Shown piece after piece: positions 9,972 through 18,646 of a DNA stretch of 64,000 bases. This DNA is from an uncultured SAR86 cluster bacterium (GTDB taxonomy: Bacteria; Pseudomonadota; Gammaproteobacteria; Magnimaribacterales; AG-339-G14), in contig CACFKX010000003.1 in the NCBI GenBank assembly GCA_902566955.1, forward strand, positions 485-64,484, given 5' to 3'. The position numbers and the translations under genes were made by a program. Numbering within the stretch: the stretch's first letter is position 1; every line of letters starts with the position of its first letter. The notes beneath the pieces were generated by a model that saw nothing but the letters and a program-made list of their open reading frames with translations, searched no databases and was not told where the DNA came from.

Positions 9972-10586
9972 ATGAAATATTTATTAAGCATACTTTTTAT
10001 AGTTCTTATTTCTTGTTCAAGTTCAACATCTGATGAGCCTAACGTGTCTCATGATTCTGATGAGTGGCAAATTTGGGCTTACAGTAAGGCCGCACCTGAT
10101 TTTATAGGGGAATTTGCAACAATTGTTGGAGGAGACGGTAAAGTGATTCGAGAAGGATCTAATGGATGGACCTGCACCGCTACATTAGAAATGCCTGAAG
10201 GCGGATTTGAAACTCCTCAACACGGAAATACCCTTTGTGCCGATGAAGAAGGCTTCAAATGGGCTGAAGCTTATATGACTGGCGGTAAACCTAATATGGA
10301 AAGAGATGCTTATATTTGGATGCTAAATGGTGATATGGGAGAAGATAATATGAATTCAAGCTTCTATGGAGGTGATCACGATAAAGCTAAGATGATGGGA
10401 CACTTTATCGAGTCAGGGCCTCACTTAATGTTGATGCCGAAAGACACAAAAACTATAGAAAATTTCCCTACAGATTTCACAACAGGAGCACCTTACCAAA
10501 TGTTTAAAGGTACTCCTTATGCTCACTTAATGATACCTGTTGACGGTTACTATGAGTTTCAGCCAGATTCTAATCCATTAAACTAA
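9972..10586 (+). CDS. hypothetical lipoprotein, paralog B (unknown family)
   Basis: 204 aa. Signal peptide with LISCS. Shares blocks EWQIWAYS, REGSNGWTC, FIESGPH, AHLM.PV..YY..QP.S.P.N with paralog A. Confidence 0.75.
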   Translation: MKYLLSILFIVLISCSSSTSDEPNVSHDSDEWQIWAYSKAAPDFIGEFATIVGGDGKVIREGSNGWTCTATLEMPEGGFETPQHGNTLCADEEGFKWAEAYMTGGKPNMERDAYIWMLNGDMGEDNMNSSFYGGDHDKAKMMGHFIESGPHLMLMPKDTKTIENFPTDFTTGAPYQMFKGTPYAHLMIPVDGYYEFQPDSNPLN

Positions 10587-10598
10587 ATAAAAGTGTTT

Positions 10599-10629
10599 AA
10601 AAAAAGGAGATTTTTAAATCTCCTTTTTT
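10599..10629. terminator. bidirectional rho-independent terminator
   Basis: AAAAAAAGGAGATTTTTAAATCTCCTTTTTT: GC-poor perfect hairpin flanked by an A-run and a T-run, between convergent genes. Confidence 0.75.
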
Positions 10630-11584
10630 ATACAATAAATAAATTTACAGTTCTTCCAATAAACCAATAACAACTAATGCCTCCTATCGCAAAAGCAGAT
10701 ATTGTTTTAAATTCATTTTTTAAATTAACTTTTGTAAAGAGAAAAATTAAAAAGAAAATTATTGGTAACAAACTCAACTGGGCTAATTCAATACCTACAT
10801 TAAACAGCAATAAAGTTTGAAATAAACTTTGCCCTGAAAATCCTATTTCCATTAAAGCTCCTGCAAATCCAAATCCATGAATCAAACCGAATCCAAAAGG
10901 AATATGCCAAGGAATTTTTCTTAAATCTTTTTTATCTAAAATTTCGTAGGCTAAATATATTATTGTTAAAGCAATCACAGCTTCGGTTGCAGTTTGAGGT
11001 AATTTAACTACACCCAAGGATGACAACGCCAATGTAATGCTATGAGCAATCGTAAAGGATGTAATTGTTTTTATTAAATTAAACCAACCGTTAATTAGAA
11101 AAACTAAGCCAAAAACAAATAAGATATGATCATACCCTCCCAGCAGATGTTCAAAACCCATAAATAAATATGAAAAGTTAGAGTATTCAACTTCGTTCGG
11201 TACGACTAAATCTATATTTTCTGAAGTAATATAGTCTTGAAAGACTTCATCGTTAATAAATCTAATTGTTACCATCACATCAGTCATAAATGACATATTG
11301 GTGACATTTAAAGTGGATCCTTTAAGCGATTGTGTACAATTTAATTCAATTATTTCTAATAGGTATTTTCCACTTCTTTTTGGGAATAAATCATCTTCAA
11401 ACGAGCAAAATTCAGGAAAATTTATCCTTGATTTAGTAGATTGATTTAATGGAAATTTCCAGTTAACTAGATAGTCAGATTCTGAAATTTGAGTAATTTC
11501 AAGTTGTGCGGGTGTAAATTCATGTGAACTAACCTCAAAGCTTGCAACAACTATTAATAAAAAATAAAGAACTAATTTACTCAA
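10628..11584 (-). CDS. HupE/UreJ-family membrane protein with N-terminal periplasmic domain
   Basis: 318 aa. Signal peptide ending ..VSSHEF (His near the predicted mature N-terminus), about 140-aa soluble domain, then GGYDHILFVFGL and IHGFGFAGAL TM motifs typical of HupE/UreJ_2. Confidence 0.7.
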   Translation of the reverse strand: MSKLVLYFLLIVVASFEVSSHEFTPAQLEITQISESDYLVNWKFPLNQSTKSRINFPEFCSFEDDLFPKRSGKYLLEIIELNCTQSLKGSTLNVTNMSFMTDVMVTIRFINDEVFQDYITSENIDLVVPNEVEYSNFSYLFMGFEHLLGGYDHILFVFGLVFLINGWFNLIKTITSFTIAHSITLALSSLGVVKLPQTATEAVIALTIIYLAYEILDKKDLRKIPWHIPFGFGLIHGFGFAGALMEIGFSGQSLFQTLLLFNVGIELAQLSLLPIIFFLIFLFTKVNLKNEFKTISAFAIGGISCYWFIGRTVNLFIV

Positions 11585-12362
11585 AACTGTATTTTTTACT
11601 TAACGATACGTCGTAGGACTTTATTAATTCCTCTGTATACTTTTTTAAGACTTCATCCTTTTTTACTAATAAGTAGGTATCTAAAAGTTTATCTCTGATG
11701 GAATTAAATTCAGGTAAATATGAATTTTTAATATTAGATACATTTACTATGTGCCAACCATAAATAGATTCAATTATTAAATCGTTTTTAAGAATTGTTA
11801 ATTCATCTAATGAAGCAGCAAATTTATCTCCAAAATCTCTCCGTATTTGTCTTATTGTTTTATCAGAAAAATTTCTTCCTAATAAAAATGGATCACTCTT
11901 TATATTTTTATTAACTAGATATTGTCTTACTTCCTCTAATGAGCGAGATTCTTTTGAGAAAAAGATATGATTAAAACTTAATCTCTTAGGAATCCTAAAC
12001 TCAACTTTATTCTCATTAAAATATTCTTTTAACTCCTTATCATTTGGAATTTTTACTCCTTCTTCTTGTTTTAAAAAACCTAATTTTTGAACTAGTCTTC
12101 TTTTAACAATGATATCTCCTCTGTCTAAATTCAGCTTCAAAGCTTCTCGATATAAAACTTCGTTTTGTATAAAGTTTTCTATGATGGTCTTAAGTTCTTC
12201 TTCATTCGGAAGTCTTTGCATTTGATCGTTCCAAGTCGATACCAAAAAATCTATGTCATTATCACTAACGTAAATCATATTTTCGTCATCATTATTTAAA
12301 AACCAATCAAATAGATACAAAAAAATAGCAATCGATAAGAAAATTAATATTTTTTTTGGCAT
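11577..12362 (-). CDS. membrane-anchored parvulin-type peptidyl-prolyl isomerase-like protein
   Basis: 261 aa. N-terminal TM anchor, SurA-N-like helical region, C-terminal YGWHIVNV parvulin-like signature. Overlaps the downstream gene by 8 nt. Confidence 0.55.
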   Translation of the reverse strand: MPKKILIFLSIAIFLYLFDWFLNNDDENMIYVSDNDIDFLVSTWNDQMQRLPNEEELKTIIENFIQNEVLYREALKLNLDRGDIIVKRRLVQKLGFLKQEEGVKIPNDKELKEYFNENKVEFRIPKRLSFNHIFFSKESRSLEEVRQYLVNKNIKSDPFLLGRNFSDKTIRQIRRDFGDKFAASLDELTILKNDLIIESIYGWHIVNVSNIKNSYLPEFNSIRDKLLDTYLLVKKDEVLKKYTEELIKSYDVSLSKKYSFE

Positions 12363-12363
12363 T

Positions 12364-13647
12364 TTATTTTGGTACTAATTCTAGATCGCTTCTAATATGC
12401 TTTGCAGCTATAAAATAATGAGTGGCAGACCATATTGTTGAAATAGGAATTACTATAAGTAATGCATATCGTATCGACTCTATTCCGTAAGATGGATTAA
12501 TCATATCGCTAACAAATCCAATAACCATAGGACCAAATCCTAAACCAATGAAATTAAGAATAAAGAATAATATCGCAGAGGACATTGCTCTCATTCTTAA
12601 TCCAACCAATGAGTGAGTTATTGCTAAATTTGGTGCTAAATAAGCATTGAATAACATACCTGTGATGAAAGTGGTCATCAAAGCTAAATAAGTTTGGTCT
12701 GTTAAATATATAAATAAAGTAAAGGGAAGATAGATAAGTGTAGTTATAGCAGGTACCCATTGATACCACCTAGGATCTTGCTTGCCTAATTTATCGGAGA
12801 GATACCCTCCCATGAAGGTTCCAACTCCACCTGCAACCGAGCTTAATGCTAACCAAGTTCCCAACTCTCCTGTCTCAATATCATGCAATCTTAAAAATAA
12901 TGAGGGAAGGAAATTACCTGCCCCATAGGAAACAAAAGCATGAATCCCGCATGCTATAGATAGGTGTCTGAATGATTTTCGTGACCACAGATGCTTTAGA
13001 GTCTCTTTAAGCTTTGGAGCACTTCCATCGTCAACTTTTTCTTCAGCCATTCCTCTATTGGGCTCAGCTACAGCTAATTTCAAGAAAATAGCTAGAGCTA
13101 TCCCGGGAAGTCCAACAACAAGGAATGCTGTTCGCCATCCATAAAATTCATTTATCCAGCCACCTAATAGAAAACCAAATAATATTCCAATGTTAATACC
13201 GGTTGAATAAATCGCTAAAGCTGTTGCTCTTTGCTCCTGATTAAAAATATCAGAGACCATAGCATGTGCTGGAGGGCTACCTCCAGCTTCTCCAATAGCA
13301 ACACCAATTCTTGCTAGCAATAGATGTATAAAATTTTGAGCAAATCCACTAACAGCAGTCATCGAACTCCAAACAGTTAAAGAAATGGCTATGACATCTC
13401 TCCTTATCCAAGTATCAGCTAATTTTGCTAACGGGATACCGAAGGAAACATAAAATATTGCAAAAGAGAAACCAGATAACAGTCCAAGCTGAGTATCAGA
13501 TAAACCCATTTCTGCCTTGATAGATTCTTGGAGAATCACTAGAAGCTGTCTATCGATGAAGTTAAAACTATAAACAGTTGTTAAAACCCCTAGGACAAAG
13601 TAACCGTATGATTTATTCTCATACAGCTTAGACGATAGGTAATTCAT
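12364..13647 (-). CDS. MFS transporter (spinster-like MFS_1)
   Basis: 427 aa, 12 predicted TM spans. DRQLLVILQESIK..GLSDTQLGLL N-terminal pattern typical of this MFS subgroup. Confidence 0.75.
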   Translation of the reverse strand: MNYLSSKLYENKSYGYFVLGVLTTVYSFNFIDRQLLVILQESIKAEMGLSDTQLGLLSGFSFAIFYVSFGIPLAKLADTWIRRDVIAISLTVWSSMTAVSGFAQNFIHLLLARIGVAIGEAGGSPPAHAMVSDIFNQEQRATALAIYSTGINIGILFGFLLGGWINEFYGWRTAFLVVGLPGIALAIFLKLAVAEPNRGMAEEKVDDGSAPKLKETLKHLWSRKSFRHLSIACGIHAFVSYGAGNFLPSLFLRLHDIETGELGTWLALSSVAGGVGTFMGGYLSDKLGKQDPRWYQWVPAITTLIYLPFTLFIYLTDQTYLALMTTFITGMLFNAYLAPNLAITHSLVGLRMRAMSSAILFFILNFIGLGFGPMVIGFVSDMINPSYGIESIRYALLIVIPISTIWSATHYFIAAKHIRSDLELVPK

Positions 13648-14651
13648 AAATTATTTTTGATAACTACTTTTCCAACTAATTTTCTTTCAGATAAATATAC
13701 CAAGGCATCTTTTGCATCAGTTAGATTAAATTCTCTACATATGTGTGGCTTTAAATTTCCTGTCTCCGCAAGTTCATGGATAATTTTTTTCGTTTCTGCT
13801 CCCTTTTCAGGATCTCGAATACCGTATTCACCAGCTCTGACGCCAATTACCGAAAAACCTTTTATAAGGGCTATATTTACTGGCAGGCTAGGCAATCTCC
13901 CGCTTGTGAAACCAACAATTAATAATCTTCCATTCCAATTTATACAACGAATGGACTCATCAAAAACATCTCCTCCTACTGGATCATAGATAACATCAGC
14001 TCCTTTACCATCAGTTAGATCTTTAACTTCTTCTCTAAAGGCAGTAATGCCATCTTTCAAAGTATTCAAGACATGATCTGCCCCCCATGATTTAACAATT
14101 TGGAGTTTCTCATCAGATGTTCCCGTTGCAATCACCCTATTACCAAACATTTTTGCAAGTTGAACAGCAGCCATACCAACTCCACCTGAAGAACCATGAA
14201 TAAGAACTACATCATCGAGTTTCATCTCCCCTCTCCTAATCAATGAGACATATGCAGTAGTGTAAGCAGTGGCAAAAGCAGCTGCTTCTGCCATGTTTAA
14301 AGCACTAGGTTTCTTTGTTATTTTAGATGCAGGTAAAACAATATAGTTGGCTATTGCTCCATGACCCCAACCCCCAAACATTACTTCATCACCAATTTGA
14401 AACTCTTTTGCATCCGGACCAATAGATTCAATAATTCCAGAGCCTTCCATACCTAAGAAAAATGGTAGTTCTGGTTTTCTTTGATATTTTCCTTGGGACA
14501 TCAACCAATCTGGAAAATTTAATGAAGCGTGAGATATTTTTATTTTTACTAAATCCTTTTCGATTTCTGGTAGCTCCAAAGTTCCTAAATTTATGCCAGA
14601 CATATCCTCGGATAAATATTGACAGAGAAGTCCTTGAGCTTGAGAAGACAC
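13644..14651 (-). CDS. NADPH:quinone oxidoreductase / zinc-type alcohol dehydrogenase-like (MDR family)
   Basis: 335 aa. GSSGGVGMAAVQLAK nucleotide-binding motif and an N-terminal GroES-like region. 4-nt overlap with the downstream MFS. Confidence 0.85.
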   Translation of the reverse strand: MSSQAQGLLCQYLSEDMSGINLGTLELPEIEKDLVKIKISHASLNFPDWLMSQGKYQRKPELPFFLGMEGSGIIESIGPDAKEFQIGDEVMFGGWGHGAIANYIVLPASKITKKPSALNMAEAAAFATAYTTAYVSLIRRGEMKLDDVVLIHGSSGGVGMAAVQLAKMFGNRVIATGTSDEKLQIVKSWGADHVLNTLKDGITAFREEVKDLTDGKGADVIYDPVGGDVFDESIRCINWNGRLLIVGFTSGRLPSLPVNIALIKGFSVIGVRAGEYGIRDPEKGAETKKIIHELAETGNLKPHICREFNLTDAKDALVYLSERKLVGKVVIKNNL

Positions 14652-14653
14652 TG

Positions 14654-15052
14654 CTAGAATCTACCTATTATTTGCCTGCTTCTTTTTAAATCAGCCATTC
14701 TGAGAGCAAAAGCTGTGGCGATTGTTATTAGAAAGGAGACTACTTGAGTTATTGAAATTCCAATAATGAAAAAAGATATAAATTGGGTAATTGCAAATGA
14801 AGTTATCACAATGTAAATAGGCCAAAGAGTTGAGGTTGGATTTTTTCCTGCAAAAAATCTGTAAATGAAATAACAAATTGTAAGATAAAGCGAAGGAATG
14901 ATTGTTCGTAATCTCCACTCGTACATTTCCTGCTCGGTAAAACCCGCACCGGGAAAAATGCTAATCAAATTAGGATCAGTAATAAAAAAAAGGGAAAGTG
15001 TTGCAAAAAACACAAATAAGACAATCAAAATAAATTTTGTTGTTAAATCCAT
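14654..15052 (-). CDS. hypothetical membrane protein (4 TM)
   Basis: 132 aa, strongly hydrophobic. No recognisable motif. Confidence 0.5.
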   Translation of the reverse strand: MDLTTKFILIVLFVFFATLSLFFITDPNLISIFPGAGFTEQEMYEWRLRTIIPSLYLTICYFIYRFFAGKNPTSTLWPIYIVITSFAITQFISFFIIGISITQVVSFLITIATAFALRMADLKRSRQIIGRF

Positions 15053-15098
15053 TTCTCCCTCCGAATGTTAAAATTATAACAATTAACTTACTAAAATT

Positions 15099-15272
15099 AT
15101 GAATCCTTTTACTATTGCAAAAGACATCAAAAATATAGAAAAAATCCTAAAACCTGCTTTAGAAAAATATATTCAAGGCGCTGGTTTTGCTAAAAGTGAT
15201 GAAATCAATGAGATTCTCAAGAAGATCTCTGAACTAGAAAAGAGAATAGACAAAATAGAAGAAAAACTATAA
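15099..15272 (+). CDS. small coiled-coil protein, possibly UbiK/BMFP-like
   Basis: Not in ORF track (57 aa). MNPFTIAKDIKNIEKILKPALEKYIQGAGFAKSDEINEILKKISELEKRIDKIEEKL. The C-terminal heptad pattern resembles the YqiC/UbiK C-terminus (weak recollection). Confidence 0.3.
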   Translation: MNPFTIAKDIKNIEKILKPALEKYIQGAGFAKSDEINEILKKISELEKRIDKIEEKL

Positions 15273-16013
15273 AAGTTTAGGAATTACAGCTTTTCTATCT
15301 TTAGGATAATCTTCAAAGTTATCTTTGTACCATTTGTGGTTGGCAACAGCTCTTGGAAGTAAATTAGCTACTGTCCAGAAAAAAAATACAAAACCGGCTG
15401 TGCTAAATGTCATTATTGCCCACCCTAACCATTCTATAAACTCACCAAAATAATTCGGACAAGATACATATTTATACATGAACCCTTTTGGCACTTGATA
15501 TCCCTCATTTTTCTTTCTTAAAGAGAATAAAATTTCATCTGATTTGATGTTTATAAACATTCCAATAAAAAAAAGACTAAGACCCAAGAAAAATGGAACA
15601 GAATAAAAATGGCTAGTTGCATAGTCTGATATATAAAACAGCCAAGTTCCTTGGATATAAACATTAACAAAATTAAATAAAAAAGCAGATAAAGCTATAG
15701 TCACTGGCATGCTCTTATTTTTTATTCTTGCTCTAATTGGCCAAATGAAACTTCGGTTAAAGTAATGAATCATAAATAAGATAGCAGCAAAAATTGAAAA
15801 ATTTGAACTATTTGAAAAATTCAAAATCAAGAAAATTAACATTAAATAGAAAGCTGGAGATTCCATAAGGATCCAGCCCCATCGAGAACTTATTTCAAAG
15901 CCCCACCCTTTTTCTTGATGTCTTCCGTAAGGTGCTGCTTGATAAAATAAATAAATAAATACTGACAGGCCTACCAAGCTCCAAACCAGCATTACTAATT
16001 GATGGGTCGTCAT
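15267..16013 (-). CDS. steroid 5-alpha-reductase family protein (3-oxo-5-alpha-steroid 4-dehydrogenase-like)
   Basis: 248 aa polytopic membrane protein. CPNYFGEFIEWLGW and the C-terminal NHKWYKDNFEDYPKDRKAVIPKLL match the SRD5A C-terminal signature (HEWYLRKFEEYPKFRKIIIPFLF in the human enzyme; recollection). Confidence 0.8.
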   Translation of the reverse strand: MTTHQLVMLVWSLVGLSVFIYLFYQAAPYGRHQEKGWGFEISSRWGWILMESPAFYLMLIFLILNFSNSSNFSIFAAILFMIHYFNRSFIWPIRARIKNKSMPVTIALSAFLFNFVNVYIQGTWLFYISDYATSHFYSVPFFLGLSLFFIGMFINIKSDEILFSLRKKNEGYQVPKGFMYKYVSCPNYFGEFIEWLGWAIMTFSTAGFVFFFWTVANLLPRAVANHKWYKDNFEDYPKDRKAVIPKLL

Positions 16014-16885
16014 TTTTTGCTTGGAAAAAGCATTAAAGAGGAAGTTTTTTTCATATAATCTGCATAATCATGTCTATTTTCTAGGCTTCTATTATCCATC
16101 ATTGGAATAGATGCAAACATAAACATCAATAACATGGCTATAGGGCAAATCAAAAGAAAAACAGAACCATTTGTACCGATTAACCCAAAACCACATAATC
16201 CAAACCAAAAACCTACTTCGCCAAGGTAGTTTGGATGACGAGAATATTTCCATAAACCCTCATTCATGGTCTTCCCTTTATTCTCATTATTCGCTTTAAA
16301 AATATGCATTTGTTCATCGGATATCTGTTCAAGTAAAACCATAGAGAGAGTAAACAAACATATTAAATAATCAAATGAACTTACATCTGCTGAGTTTTCA
16401 ATAAAATAAAAATATAAAGGGAACAAACACAAATTTACAATCAAAGTAGGAAAAAGATGAATCCCAAAAAGATTTATGAACCATTTGAAAGATCCAAAAG
16501 TTTCATACAGATTCACATATCTAAAATCTTCTTTGGATAAACCTGGCCAAGTGCGCAACCAATTATGAGTCAATCTGAATGCCCAGTAACTAATAGGAAT
16601 ACCTACCAGAAAAATACGTTCTAGGTTAATCCCGCTTTCATCAGATAAAGCAATGAAAAAGTAAATAGGAACTGGCGCTACAGACCAGTAAGGATCATAC
16701 AAGCTAGAATTAGAATAGAAGGTACTGAATAGAAAAATTACTAAAGTGCTAACAACATGCGCAATGACAATATCAACCCATAAATGCAATCCAAATGAAT
16801 CGGTTGCATTAAGACTAACTGCTGCTGCTGCAAGGCTAAGCGAATAACAAAACAAACATAAAATATGATGAGATTTCATAATCAA
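16010..16885 (-). CDS. DUF1295-family membrane protein (steroid reductase/isoprenylcysteine methyltransferase-like superfamily)
   Basis: 291 aa polytopic. YSRHPNYLGEVGFWFG motif. 4-nt overlap with the downstream SRD5A-like gene. Confidence 0.7.
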   Translation of the reverse strand: MIMKSHHILCLFCYSLSLAAAAVSLNATDSFGLHLWVDIVIAHVVSTLVIFLFSTFYSNSSLYDPYWSVAPVPIYFFIALSDESGINLERIFLVGIPISYWAFRLTHNWLRTWPGLSKEDFRYVNLYETFGSFKWFINLFGIHLFPTLIVNLCLFPLYFYFIENSADVSSFDYLICLFTLSMVLLEQISDEQMHIFKANNENKGKTMNEGLWKYSRHPNYLGEVGFWFGLCGFGLIGTNGSVFLLICPIAMLLMFMFASIPMMDNRSLENRHDYADYMKKTSSLMLFPSKK

Positions 16886-16888
16886 GGA

Positions 16889-18265
16889 CTATTTTTCTGG
16901 ATTAAACTTAACCGGGACGTCTTGGATGGCGTTAACAAAATTATTCGGGGTTAAGATCATTTCTCCATCCTGTTCCATTTCAGGAAACCTTGAGAATATT
17001 TTTTCATAGACAACTTCTAACTGCATGTTAGCCGTATGTTTACCTAGGCATAAGTGTCGTCCGTAACCAAAGGCAAGATGTTTTTTTGCATTCTCTCTAG
17101 TTACATCAAATTTATCGGGATTAGTAAATATTTCTGGATCTCTATTAGCGGCACCGTACCATAGTGAAACCTTTTCATTTGGTCCCATCTCTTGATCTCC
17201 AATTTGAGTATCGCATTTGGTGGTTCTTCTCATATACCTTACAGGAGAAACCATTCTTATTGATTCATGAACCATATTTGGTAAAAGACTTTTATCATTT
17301 AAAACTAAGTTTTTTTGGTCAGGATTCTCAGACAATAAATTCATCGTTCCGCTGATAGAATTTCTTGTCGTATCATTTCCTGCAAAAATTATTAACAACC
17401 AGGAACCATCTAGATACTCATTAGGTAGTTTTTCTCCTTCAACTTCAATGTTTGCAATCACAGATAAAAGATCATCTTTAGGATCCTTTCTCCTAGATTC
17501 TAGAATTGTCCTACCATAATCAAACATCTCAGCGACCATATTAGTAAACATTTCTACTAGAGCAGGATCAGGAGCTGCTTGAGTGTGCTCTTCTGAAAAT
17601 TCAATATCACCTTTTTCTGCAGCTTGAGTAGCAGCAATAAGTTGAGCCATTTCAAGAAATTTCATCCATTCGATGATTTTAGGTCTGTCTTCTTCAGGGA
17701 CTCCTAACATTTCACACAAAGTGAACATTGGGACCTCTGCTGAAACAGTCTCAACAAGATTACATCTTCCCAAAGGTGCAATTTGATCCAATAGCTGATC
17801 AACTTTAAGCTCTACTTTTTTTCTTAAATTAGATACGTACTTCGGATTAAAAAAGGCCATGTGTGGGTTTCGCATACTCAAATGCAACATACCATCTAGA
17901 CTGAGCATATGATCCATGGTTGATCTATACAACGGTAAATCATCTTGTTGTTCAAAACCATGGGTGAGTGCAGTTCCGCCAGCCAGCTGAGATGAAAAAA
18001 TTTCCTGATTTTTTGATACAAATTCAATATCTTTATATTTTGTTAAAACCCAGAATCCAGGTTCAGAATCTTCTGGACCAGTTTCATGAAAATATACCGG
18101 TGCGTTATTTCGTAGGTTTGCAAAATGCTGATATGGTTCATCGCCCTTAGTAAAAAGCATAAGATCCGTCAAATCAAAATTTCTTTCGAAAGGAAATTTA
18201 AGATTATATTTTGGGGAATTAATCTTTACGAAGGGTTGCTTACTGCTATTCAGTTCTAATGCCAT
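16889..18265 (-). CDS. cytochrome P450
   Basis: 458 aa. Heme-binding loop FGYGRHLCLGKHTA, I-helix AGNDTT, ExxR (HESIRM). Confidence 0.92.
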   Translation of the reverse strand: MALELNSSKQPFVKINSPKYNLKFPFERNFDLTDLMLFTKGDEPYQHFANLRNNAPVYFHETGPEDSEPGFWVLTKYKDIEFVSKNQEIFSSQLAGGTALTHGFEQQDDLPLYRSTMDHMLSLDGMLHLSMRNPHMAFFNPKYVSNLRKKVELKVDQLLDQIAPLGRCNLVETVSAEVPMFTLCEMLGVPEEDRPKIIEWMKFLEMAQLIAATQAAEKGDIEFSEEHTQAAPDPALVEMFTNMVAEMFDYGRTILESRRKDPKDDLLSVIANIEVEGEKLPNEYLDGSWLLIIFAGNDTTRNSISGTMNLLSENPDQKNLVLNDKSLLPNMVHESIRMVSPVRYMRRTTKCDTQIGDQEMGPNEKVSLWYGAANRDPEIFTNPDKFDVTRENAKKHLAFGYGRHLCLGKHTANMQLEVVYEKIFSRFPEMEQDGEMILTPNNFVNAIQDVPVKFNPEK

Positions 18266-18287
18266 GACTTATTTTACTATAAAAAAA

Positions 18288-18364
18288 TGGCACGCCCGGA
18301 AGGATTCGAACCTCCGACACCCAAGTTCGTAGCCTGGTGCTCTATCCAACTGAGCTACGGGCGC
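18288..18364 (-). tRNA. tRNA-Arg (anticodon ACG)
   Basis: Reverse complement is GCGCCCGTAGCTCAGTTGGATAGAGCACCAGGCTACGAACTTGGGTGTCGGAGGTTCGAATCCTTCCGGGCGTGCCA. CTACGAA anticodon loop, encoded CCA. Confidence 0.95.
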
Positions 18365-18396
18365 CCGTTAAAAATCTAAGTATAAAGTAGAAAGGG

Positions 18397-18561
18397 TTAA
18401 GTAGTCTTCTCTAAAGAGACTATCTCTTCTCGATGGACAGGAACTTGATTTGGTGCAGTAATTCCTAATCTGACTTGGCTGCCCTTAATTTCAAGAACAG
18501 TGATGGTTACATTTTCACCGATCAATAACTTTTGATCTTTTTTTCTGCTTAAAACTAACAT
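18397..18561 (-). CDS. csrA: carbon storage regulator CsrA
   Basis: Not in ORF track (54 aa). Translation [54 protein letters not shown] matches the CsrA family end to end. G-rich SD (GGGGGGAG) immediately upstream. Confidence 0.95.
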   Translation of the reverse strand: MLVLSRKKDQKLLIGENVTITVLEIKGSQVRLGITAPNQVPVHREEIVSLEKTT

Positions 18562-18587
18562 CTCCCCCCAGAAATATTAATAAGCCC

Positions 18588-18616
18588 AATTTATTAGGAA
18601 AACTAATATTTTTCAA
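18588..18616 (-). promoter_or_regulatory. candidate sigma-70 promoter for csrA
   Basis: On the minus strand, TTGAAA (18616-18611), a 17-nt spacer, then TAAATT (18593-18588), about 25 nt upstream of the csrA SD. Pattern match only. Confidence 0.25.
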
Positions 18617-18646
18617 GATATTTATAATTCTATTAATTAGAAATTT

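Noticed and set aside
15053-18287. Genomic island integrated at tRNA-Arg carrying the P450 cluster
   Set aside because: I found no repeat of the tRNA-Arg 3' end (TGGCACGCCCGGAAGG...) downstream, and no integrase or mobility gene. Position next to a tRNA alone is insufficient.
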